Source: an archaeon
Lineage (GTDB): Archaea > Iainarchaeota > Iainarchaeia > Iainarchaeales > CSSED10-239
Length of the DNA stretch: 18,885 bases
NCBI GenBank assembly: GCA_041677685.1
Contig: JBAYPN010000014.1
Span: 1 to 18,885, forward strand
Direction: 5' to 3'
The notes below the pieces were generated by a model. That model saw nothing but the letters and a program-made list of their open reading frames with translations, made no database searches and was not told where the DNA came from. Both the position numbers and the translations under genes were made by a program. Shown here piece by piece: positions 7,946 through 15,048 of this stretch; positions within the stretch are counted from its first letter, which is position 1; each line of letters opens with the position of its first letter.

Positions 7946-8986
7946 TTGGGAATAGCTATTGGAAAATTAATTGAAGATTGTAAACAAGAATTTAATGTGG
8001 AAAAATCTTCAAAGAAGAGATTTGGTTTTGATGCTTTTAATGTACTCTATCAATTTTTAACAACCATTAGAGGTGTTGATGGAGAACCTTTAAAGAATAA
8101 TAGAGGAGAAGTTACTTCTCATTTGAATGGTTTGTTCTATAGATTGATTAATTTATTGTCTTACAATATAGAAATAGTGTTTGTGTTTGATGGAAAGAGT
8201 CATTCTCTAAAACAGAAAACAAAAGATAAAAGAGCAGAAAAAAAAGAAATTGCAAAAGATAATTATAATAGAGCTGTAGAAGAGGGGAATTTAGAAGATG
8301 TTAGAAAGTATTCAAAACAATTTACTAGGCTTGATGATAAGATACTCTCTGAGTCTAAGGAGTTATTATTGGCTATGGGGGTTAGCTATATTGAAGCACC
8401 TTCAGAGGCAGAAGCACAAATATCTTACTTAACCTCTATTGGTCAACTGGACTACACAGTTTCTCAAGATTATGATTGTTTGTTGTTTGGATCAAATAAT
8501 TTGGTTAGGAATTTAACAGTTTCTGGGAAGAAAAAAATTCCTTCTAAAAATATTTATTTAAACATTACTCCTGAGATTATATATTTAGAGAAAGTAATTA
8601 AAAATCTTGGGATTAGTAGAGAAAAATTAATTTGGTTGGCTTTGTTGATTGGAACTGATTTTAATGATAAGGTTTTAGGTGTTGGTCCAGTTACTGCTTT
8701 AAAGCTTGTTAAAGAAAATAATTCTTTTGAAGAATTAATTTCTAAACTAAAAGAGAAAGGAAAGGATGTTAATTTTGATTATAGGAAAATACAAGATATT
8801 TTTCTTAAGCCAAATATTTCTAAAGAGCCAAAGATAATTAAAGGAAAGTTTGATTCTAATAAGATTAAAGAGATTTTAGTGAATAGGGCAGACTTCTCAG
8901 AAGAAAGAATTGAATTAAGTTTAAATAAATATCTAAAATTAAAAGAAGAAAGAGATAAACAAAAAACCATAAGTGATTGGTTTTAG
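7946..8986 (+). CDS. fen: Flap endonuclease 1 (FEN-1)
   Basis: The N-terminus (M)GIAIGKLI matches the conserved FEN-1 MG..IG.L start, so the TTG at 7946 is the real initiator. Family blocks are present: FDAFNVLYQFLTTIRGVDGEPLKNNRGEVTSHLNGLFYRLINLL, IVFVFDGK, YIEAPSEAEAQ and LLIGTDFN. The C-terminus QKTISDWF is a PCNA-interacting PIP box. Confidence 0.95.
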   Translation: MGIAIGKLIEDCKQEFNVEKSSKKRFGFDAFNVLYQFLTTIRGVDGEPLKNNRGEVTSHLNGLFYRLINLLSYNIEIVFVFDGKSHSLKQKTKDKRAEKKEIAKDNYNRAVEEGNLEDVRKYSKQFTRLDDKILSESKELLLAMGVSYIEAPSEAEAQISYLTSIGQLDYTVSQDYDCLLFGSNNLVRNLTVSGKKKIPSKNIYLNITPEIIYLEKVIKNLGISREKLIWLALLIGTDFNDKVLGVGPVTALKLVKENNSFEELISKLKEKGKDVNFDYRKIQDIFLKPNISKEPKIIKGKFDSNKIKEILVNRADFSEERIELSLNKYLKLKEERDKQKTISDWF

Positions 8987-8993
8987 TTTTTTT
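8987..8993 (+). terminator. Oligo-T tract immediately after the fen stop
   Basis: TAG is followed by TTTTTTT. Oligo-T runs are the usual archaeal termination signal. Confidence 0.4.
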
Positions 8994-9040
8994 GTAAATA
9001 AAGATAATTGTAAATAAAGATAATTGTAAATAAAGATAAT
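8993..9040. repeat. Perfect tandem repeat, 3 x 16 bp (TGTAAATAAAGATAAT)
   Basis: Three identical head-to-tail copies were read directly from the sequence. They sit in the 75-bp spacer between the convergent fen and rpl40e 3' ends. Confidence 0.9.
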
Positions 9041-9061
9041 AATAGAAAAAGAATGTTTTAT

Positions 9062-9214
9062 TTATTTAACATTTTTACCTTTCTTTTTTGCTCTAATTCT
9101 TACGGAATTACATTTTTTACAAACTAGTGGTTTTTTTGCAGATCTCATTGTATTGTTACAAGCCATACAAACCCACATATTTTTTAATCTTCTATCTTTT
9201 GCTTCTGTTTCCAT
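9062..9214 (-). CDS. rpl40e: Ribosomal protein L40e (eL40)
   Basis: The minus-strand translation is METEAKDRRLKNMWVCMACNNTMRSAKKPLVCKKCNSVRIRAKKKGKNVK* (50 aa), below the track cutoff. It has the C..C(x11)C..C zinc ribbon and basic tail typical of archaeal L40e. A GGTGA Shine-Dalgarno lies 8-12 nt upstream of the ATG and matches the 16S 3' end in this window. Confidence 0.8.
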   Translation of the reverse strand: METEAKDRRLKNMWVCMACNNTMRSAKKPLVCKKCNSVRIRAKKKGKNVK

Positions 9215-9315
9215 TTCTAATTCACCTGTATTTTTAAATTTAATTTATATATTAAGAAATATATATTGATAATAAAACCTTTTAAATAGTTGTTTTTTAT
9301 ATTTTTATATTTTTT

Positions 9316-9350
9316 AGTAATTTTAGTAATTTTATTAATTTTGTAATTTT
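9316..9350. repeat. Degenerate 9-bp tandem repeat (AGTAATTTT x about 4)
   Basis: AGTAATTTT AGTAATTTT ATTAATTTT GTAATTTT, in the 459-bp divergent intergenic region between rpl40e and the surface-protein gene. Confidence 0.7.
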
Positions 9351-9617
9351 ACATTTGATCAATTCTGTTTGGTAGTTAAATAATTAAATAAAAGGGTTAT
9401 ATATGTTTTATTTTTCATACGTTCCATTTTATAAAGTTAATTGTACTAAATTATATAGAATATCAATTTATTTTCATTAAAATTAAGGCGTTTGTCATAA
9501 TTGAATTGCACATAAACTATTTAGATTAGTAATTAGGAAATTATGATAATTATAAATCTAATGATTATTTGTTTAGCAATTATAAAAGTATAGAGTAGAA
9601 AAAATAAAAGTATAAAA

Positions 9618-9669
9618 TAAAAAAATTAAAATTAAATAAAAAAATTAAAATTAAATAAAAAAATTAAAA
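9618..9669. repeat. 19-bp tandem repeat (TAAAAAAATTAAAATTAAA, about 2.7 copies) directly upstream of the surface-protein RBS
   Basis: T positions recur with an exact 19-nt period from 9618 to 9665. The repeat ends at AAAAG just before GAGGGG and the ATG at 9684. Confidence 0.75.
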
Positions 9670-9683
9670 GAGGGGTTTTATTT

Positions 9684-11600
9684 ATGAGAGTACAAATAAA
9701 CAAGCTATTAGTAGTATTTAGTCTTATATTAATCATGGGGTCTTTTTTGTCAGCAAGTGATTTGGTGATTACCTTTTCAAATGAGACAATAAATGATAAC
9801 AATTTAACAACTGTGGCAAATGTTTATCTTGAACCACAGGAAGGAGTCACTTTAAAGGAATATTTATCTAAAAGTTATAAATTAGATTTAAATATAAATG
9901 AATATTCAGGATCTTCACCAACAATTTCAGACAAACCTAAATTTATTGATGAAAACAATTACTCATTTGACATTAATTTTGTAGATGATGATTATTTTGG
10001 TGAAGCAATAGCTAAAGCAAAATTATCTAAAGAGTTAGGCACCACTTCTTTTGAAGGAAAAAATACTCTTCAAATTGATACTCAAAATCCACAAGTAGAA
10101 GGTATAGATTTTAAATACACTGTAAATAATTCAAATGAACTAAGCTTTAATCTAACAGTAAAATTTACAGAAAGTATTAATGTTGAAAACTCTCCATCAG
10201 AAGTAGACACTAAAGATAATGATTCTTCAGTTAATGATAAAAAATCTGTAAATGACAAAAAAGAAAGTGTAAGCGATAAAGAAAAGATAGAAAAAGAAAA
10301 AATAATTAAAAATGAATTTAAAATTAAATTTAGTAATTTAATTAACTTTGACTTACCTGTAGAAAAAGGGGTTTGGGAAGAATCAAATAAAATCTTTATA
10401 TTTGATTCTAATTATTTAGACACTCCTTTAAAAGTAGAAAAGGAAGGGGATTTAAATATCTCTGTGGAAGGTGCAGTTGATAAATTTTTAAATTTACAAG
10501 TTCCTTACTCAGAGTTATTTAAAATAGAATATATTCCAAAAGTAAACAAAGTAGTAATCATAAATCCTTTAATTACAGACATAGCTTTAGATCAAAGAAT
10601 TACAATTGAGTATAACATAGATATGAACACATCTGTTGGTCCTGTTTTAAAATTTTATAAAAAAGATGTTAGTTCTTCAAATCAAGAATATGTGCTAATA
10701 ACATCAGAATATGAAAATGATGTTGGAAGTTGGGAAAATAATAGGACCGTAATTATACATTCTAAATTTATAGATGAAGACATTGCCGAAATTGCAATGG
10801 TTGAAATAACTTCTGCAAAAAGTAGCAGTGGTGTTTTACAAAAAACATATGGTGTCTCTAAAGATAAAAATTTTGAAATTGACACAGTCAGTCCAATTCC
10901 ATTAATTTCATTGACTCCTGAAAATGTTACATTTACAAGTAAGACACAAACAATTACTTTAGAATATTTTACAGACATGAACACAGAAATTAAACCAGTA
11001 ATTAAATACAACTACAAGGACACCAATTATGATATAGACTCAGAAGAAGGAGTTTGGGATTCTAATAAAAGAAAATATACTTTAGAATTTACTTATCCTG
11101 AAAATCTAGCTGGAAACTATGTTATGATTGCTCCTAAAGATGGTGCAAGAAGTCTTAAAGGAAATTCTTCTTTATTTTCTAAAACAAAGAATAATTCTAT
11201 AGACACAATACCTGTTATTGTTACACCTACACCTACAACTGGAGGAGGAAGAAGAATTTATAATATTCCTGAACCTGTTGAAGAAGAAACACAAGAACCA
11301 GAAGTTACACCTGAACCAGAGGTTGAAGAAGAAACACCTATTTTGACACCAACACCTCAGGAAGAAGATGTTGAAACTATTATAGAAAATCCACAGGTTA
11401 TAGATGAGCCTGCAATAGTTATTGAAGAGCCTCAAAATGAAGTTACTACTCCAACACCATTAACAGGTTTTGCTACATTCTTTAATAAAAAAGGTACTAC
11501 TGCTGGTTTGGTAGTAATATTGTTAGCTTTGTTAGGGTATCTGATATATAGGTTTACAACAAAGACAAATGTTAAAAATAAGAAGAAGAACAAAAGATAG
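9684..11600 (+). CDS. Secreted cell-surface protein with repeated Ig-like modules, an acidic Pro/Thr/Glu stalk and a C-terminal membrane anchor
   Basis: A GAGGGG RBS lies 7 nt upstream of the ATG. The signal peptide is MRVQINKLLVVFSLILIMGSFLSA. At least three modules share the pattern (I)T(I/L)EY..DMNT...PV(L/I)K(F/Y) followed by G.WE/D..N...(I/L). The stalk reads TPTPTTGGG...EPVEEETQEPEVTPEPEVEEETPILTPTPQEED. It ends with a hydrophobic helix AGLVVILLALLGYLIY and a basic tail KNKKKNKR. Confidence 0.8.
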   Translation: MRVQINKLLVVFSLILIMGSFLSASDLVITFSNETINDNNLTTVANVYLEPQEGVTLKEYLSKSYKLDLNINEYSGSSPTISDKPKFIDENNYSFDINFVDDDYFGEAIAKAKLSKELGTTSFEGKNTLQIDTQNPQVEGIDFKYTVNNSNELSFNLTVKFTESINVENSPSEVDTKDNDSSVNDKKSVNDKKESVSDKEKIEKEKIIKNEFKIKFSNLINFDLPVEKGVWEESNKIFIFDSNYLDTPLKVEKEGDLNISVEGAVDKFLNLQVPYSELFKIEYIPKVNKVVIINPLITDIALDQRITIEYNIDMNTSVGPVLKFYKKDVSSSNQEYVLITSEYENDVGSWENNRTVIIHSKFIDEDIAEIAMVEITSAKSSSGVLQKTYGVSKDKNFEIDTVSPIPLISLTPENVTFTSKTQTITLEYFTDMNTEIKPVIKYNYKDTNYDIDSEEGVWDSNKRKYTLEFTYPENLAGNYVMIAPKDGARSLKGNSSLFSKTKNNSIDTIPVIVTPTPTTGGGRRIYNIPEPVEEETQEPEVTPEPEVEEETPILTPTPQEEDVETIIENPQVIDEPAIVIEEPQNEVTTPTPLTGFATFFNKKGTTAGLVVILLALLGYLIYRFTTKTNVKNKKKNKR

Positions 11601-11628
11601 TTCTTTTTCTTTTTTCTTTTTTTCTTCT
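11601..11628 (+). terminator. T-rich terminator region after the surface-protein gene
   Basis: TTCTTTTTCTTTTTTCTTTTTTTCTTC follows the TAG stop directly and contains several runs of 5 or more T. Confidence 0.45.
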
Positions 11629-11697
11629 AAGAAAAAAACAAAGAGTATATAAATAAATCGCTACTAATTATATAATAATATAAACTTTTTATATGTT

Positions 11698-11771
11698 GCT
11701 CCGATGGTGTAGTCCGGTAATCATTCTGGCCTTTCAAGCCAGTGACCTGGGTTCGAATCCCGGTCGGAGCA
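11698..11771 (+). tRNA. tRNA-Glu (anticodon UUC)
   Basis: GCTCCGATGGTGTAGTCCGGTAATCATTCTGGCCTTTCAAGCCAGTGACCTGGGTTCGAATCCCGGTCGGAGCA. The acceptor stem is GCTCCGA/TCGGAGC. The anticodon stem CTGGC/GCCAG encloses the loop CTTTCAA. The T loop is GTTCGAATC. No CCA is encoded. Confidence 0.9.
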
Positions 11772-11810
11772 TAATATAAATTTATAATAGTTAATTAAAA
11801 GGTTGAAAAA

Positions 11811-11942
11811 ATGGGAACAAGAAAAAAAGATTCAAGTAGATTTAAGAAAACCAAATCCAGACAAAGATGGAAATGGAAGAAGAAAAAGATGAGAGAAAAG
11901 AAAAGAGAAAGAAGATACTTAAGAAAGAGAGCTGCCTCATAG
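11811..11942 (+). CDS. Small basic protein resembling ribosomal protein L41e (eL41) with an N-terminal extension
   Basis: The ORF encodes MGTRKKDSSRFKKTKSRQRWKWKKKKMREKKRERRYLRKRAAS* (43 aa) and is not in the track. The core RWKWKKKKMREKKRERRYLRKR lines up almost residue for residue with eukaryotic/archaeal eL41 ([23 protein letters not shown]). AAGGT lies about 10 nt upstream, and an oligo-T follows the stop. Confidence 0.55.
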   Translation: MGTRKKDSSRFKKTKSRQRWKWKKKKMREKKRERRYLRKRAAS

Positions 11943-12421
11943 AGGTAGTTCTTTTTTTACAATACTATTTATTCTAATTTTCAAAACTTAAAAGTTGATT
12001 TTAAAAAATATTATATCAGTTGTGTTTTTTATAGGATTTAAATATTAAAAATATTTTTTTTAAATTTTTTTTTTCTTTTTAAAATTTTAATAATTTTCAA
12101 TTATTATTTTAAGATTTTCAATTATTAATATAGATTTAATTTATTATAATTATCCAATTTACATTTTAATAATTTTAATTGTATTTTTGGAATTATTAAT
12201 AGAGATTTATGTTCTTTATTGAAATTCATAATTTAAGATTTTTAAATTTAATTATTTAAAAGCTATTTTTCTTTAATAAAAGCGTATTTTTAGAACAAAA
12301 AAACAATCCCTTTTTAAACTTACCTCCTCTTATATTATCTTACTGTGAAGCTTTTTCACAGCGAAATTCTAGACAAGTAATTTTGTCTTAATATGAGGAC
12401 TTAAGTTTTTTTGAGTCTGAT

Positions 12422-12463
12422 GTGGATGAATTGGAATAGCAGAATTAAACTTATAAACACTCT
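12422..12463 (+). other. 5' strand of the putative 16S processing helix
   Basis: GTGGAT, GAA, GGAATA and ACACTCT in this segment are complementary, in the correct antiparallel order, to ATCCAC, TTC, TATTCC and AGAGTGT at 14019-14047. The helix is imperfect, with internal loops. Confidence 0.4.
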
Positions 12464-12493
12464 TATAATTTAATGTGTGCAAATAAATAACCA

Positions 12494-13987
12494 ATTCCAG
12501 CTGATCCTGCTGGTGGATACTGCTATTGGAATCCGACTAAGACATGCAAGTCTAAAAGTCTTGGCTATGAAAGATTTTGGCGTACGGCTCAGTAACACGT
12601 GGTCAACCTACCCTTTTGAGAAGTTAAACTTGGGAAACTGAGTATAATGCTTCATAGAAAAAGAGATCTGGAATGACTTTTTTTCTAAAGGACAAACAAT
12701 CATGCTTGTTTGTTGCGAAAGGATGGGACTGCGGCAGATTAGGTAGTTGGTAGGGTAATTGCCTACCAAGCCGACGATCTGTACGGGCCTTGAGAGAGGG
12801 AGCCCGGAGAAGGGAACTGAGATAATGTCCCTAGCCCTACGGGGTGCAGCAGTTACGAAACTTTTACAATGCGGGAAACCGTGATAAAGGGATTCCAAGT
12901 GCTTGTTTTACAGGCTTTTGTATAGTGTGAATAACTATACGAATAAGGGGAGGGCAATATGCGTGCCAGCCGCCGCGGTAATACGTAATCCCCAAGTGGT
13001 ATCCAGCATTATTTGGCTTAAAGCGTGTGTAGCTGGTTTGTCAAGTCTTTTGTGAAAGCAGCAGACTTAATTTGTTGAATTGCAAAAGATACTAACATGA
13101 CTAGAGACCGGGAGACGTCAAGGGTATTCTTGGAGTAGGAGTAGAATCTTAAGATACTAGGAAGACCACCTGTGGCGAAGGCGCTTGACGAGAACGGATC
13201 TGACAGTGAGACACGAAAGCTGGGGGCGCAACCCGGATTAGATACCCGGTTAGTCCCAGCCGTAAACGATGCGGATTAGGTGTTGGGTGAACTATGAGTT
13301 TACTCAGGGCCGAAGGGAAACCATTAAATCCGCCGCCTGGGAAGTATGGTCGCAAGACTGAAACTTAATGGAATTGGCGGGGGTGCAAACAAGGGGTGGA
13401 TGCTGCGGTTTAATTGGATGAAACGCCAGATATTTTACCAGGTCTGACAGCAAAATGATGGTCACTCTAAAGGGGTTACTTGATGCGCTGAGAGCTGCTG
13501 TATGGCCATCGTCAGCTCGTACTGTGAAGCTTCCTGTTAACTCAGGTAACGGGCGAGACCCATGTTATTAGTTGCTACTTTTTTTGCTTGCAAAGAAAGG
13601 CACTCTAATAAGACTGCACTGGTAACAGTGAGGAAGGAATGGGCGAAGGTAGGTCTGTATAGCGCAAATGTCCTGGGCAACACGCGGCATACAATGGCTA
13701 AGACAAAGAGTCTCTAACCCGAAAGGGGGTGGTAATCTCAAAAACTTAGTCCAAGTCCGGATTGAGGGTTGCAACTCACCCTCATGAAGCTGGAATCCCC
13801 AGTAATCGCTTGTCACTATCAAGCGGTGAATATGTCCCTGCGCCTTGCACACACCGCCCATCAAGCCAACCGAGTGAAGTGTGGATGAACCTTAATCTAC
13901 TAAAGGTTGATGTAATTCTATATTTCGCGAGGTAGACTAAGTTGTAACAAGGTGTCCGTAGGGGAACCTGCGGACGGATCACCTCCT
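12494..13987 (+). rRNA. rrs: 16S (SSU) rRNA, archaeal type, about 1494 nt
   Basis: It starts ATTCCAGCTGATCCTGCTGGTGG and ends GGGGAACCTGCGGACGGATCACCTCCT. Conserved blocks are present: GTGCCAGCCGCCGCGGTAATAC, GGATTAGATACCCGG, AAACTTAATGGAATTGGCGGGGG, GCACACACCGCCCATCA and TGTAACAAGG. GC content is much higher than in the flanks. All ORF-track entries on the minus strand here are artefacts. Confidence 0.95.
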
Positions 13988-14018
13988 ATAATATATTATA
14001 TAATACATCTAAGTTTTT

Positions 14019-14047
14019 AGAGTGTGATTTATTCCTCTTCTATCCAC
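14019..14047 (+). other. 3' strand of the putative 16S processing helix
   Basis: AGAGTGTGATTTATTCCTCTTCTATCCAC is complementary in blocks to 12422-12463 (see that entry). Confidence 0.4.
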
Positions 14048-14216
14048 AAAATTTCTATTTTTTAATTTTGTTATTTTTATTTTTCTAATTATAAGTCTAG
14101 AAAATTAGTTTAAATTTTTCACAAAAATATTTTTTAAATTTTAAAGACTTAAAGAAACATGTATTTATAAATATATTTAGGTATAAATATATAAGTTGAT
14201 AACAACAATTTGTTAT

Positions 14217-14289
14217 GGGCTCTTAGCTCAGCTGGTAGAGCGCTTCCCTTGCAAGGACGAGGCCGCGAGTTCGAATCTCGCAGAGTCCA
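14217..14289 (+). tRNA. tRNA-Ala (anticodon UGC)
   Basis: GGGCTCTTAGCTCAGCTGGTAGAGCGCTTCCCTTGCAAGGACGAGGCCGCGAGTTCGAATCTCGCAGAGTCCA. The acceptor stem GGGCTCT/AGAGTCC contains the G3:U70 wobble, which is the alanine identity element. The anticodon loop is CTTGCAA. There is one U-C mismatch in the anticodon stem. It lies 229 nt downstream of the 16S, the classical archaeal spacer position. Confidence 0.9.
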
Positions 14290-14764
14290 CTATTTTAATT
14301 ATATAATTTTAAAGTCTTAAATTTCATATTATATTCTTTAGCATCTTTTTTTTATTATTGTTTATGCTCAATTATTAATTGCTATTTTAAATAATTATTT
14401 AAATTAAAGGTGCAATATATTTAAAATTTAAAGAAATATTACTAATTATTTTTTTAATATCATTAGATTTTTTTCTGTAAACTTATTTTTTGGAATTAAT
14501 ATTTTAGTTTTTGATTTTTTATATTTAGGTCAATCATTTTAATTTACATTAATGATAGTTTTTTATTTAATTTTCCAAAAATCTTTCTAACAAATATAGA
14601 TTATTTATAATTAATTATTGTTGTAATTGGTAGTTATTTAGTTGTCATTAATTTAAATTTTTTTTGAGAACTAATAATAAGGTATATAAATAGTTTTAAC
14701 CTTAATATATTATAGTCTAATTAATTTAAATAATAAAAAATATAATTAAAAAGGGGGAAATATT

Positions 14765-14974
14765 ATGAAAAGTATACTTGGTTTTTTTGCAATAATCTTA
14801 GGTTCTCTAATACTAATTTTATTAGGAATTGTTTATTTTACACTTTCAATTTGGGCAATTAAAATTAGTGCTAATTGGGCAGGATATGGAATCGTTGATG
14901 CAAGCACGGTTGTTTTGACTGCTGGAATTATTACAGCTGCAAGCCTAATAGGTGGTGCAATTAGAAGATATTAG
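14765..14974 (+). CDS. Small hydrophobic membrane protein (69 aa), hypothetical
   Basis: A strong RBS AAAGGGGGAAA lies 5-8 nt upstream of the ATG. The protein consists of two or three predicted transmembrane helices (ILGFFAIILGSLILILLGIVYF; VVLTAGIITAASLIGGAI). Confidence 0.6.
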   Translation: MKSILGFFAIILGSLILILLGIVYFTLSIWAIKISANWAGYGIVDASTVVLTAGIITAASLIGGAIRRY

Positions 14975-15048
14975 TTTTATAAGGGAAGATATAAATTTAT
15001 ATCTTCTTTTTATAATTTTTTATAATTCTAAATAAAATAGTGATTTAC

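Noticed and set aside
8993-9669. Possibility that the tandem repeats (8993-9040, 9316-9350, 9618-9669) are CRISPR arrays
   Set aside because: The units are contiguous with no unique spacers, are only 9-19 bp long and have at most 4 copies. No cas genes are present in the window.
11440-11600. PGF-CTERM/archaeosortase-type sorting signal at the C-terminus of the surface protein (PLTGFATFF...)
   Set aside because: There is only a loose resemblance. The TGF motif is separated from the hydrophobic helix by a polar NKKGTT stretch, and I cannot verify the presence of an archaeosortase. I describe it simply as a C-terminal transmembrane anchor.
11943-12300. Long AT-rich non-coding stretch with a duplicated ATTTTCAATTATTA motif, considered as a possible replication origin
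   Set aside because: There are no ORB/mini-ORB-like inverted elements and no adjacent orc1/cdc6 gene. The position directly upstream of the 16S fits an rRNA promoter or leader region, and the repeats are low-complexity.
12321-12332. TTACCTCCTCTT upstream of the 16S, resembling the 16S 3' anti-Shine-Dalgarno sequence (CACCTCCT)
   Set aside because: The match is short, it is not complementary to the nearby leader in any obvious way, and no role could be supported from sequence alone.
12608-13982. Four minus-strand ORFs from the track (12608-12898, 13149-13355, 13568-13864, 13782-13982)
   Set aside because: They lie entirely inside the 16S rRNA gene on the opposite strand. Open frames in GC-richer structural RNA are expected by chance, and the peptides have no recognisable features.
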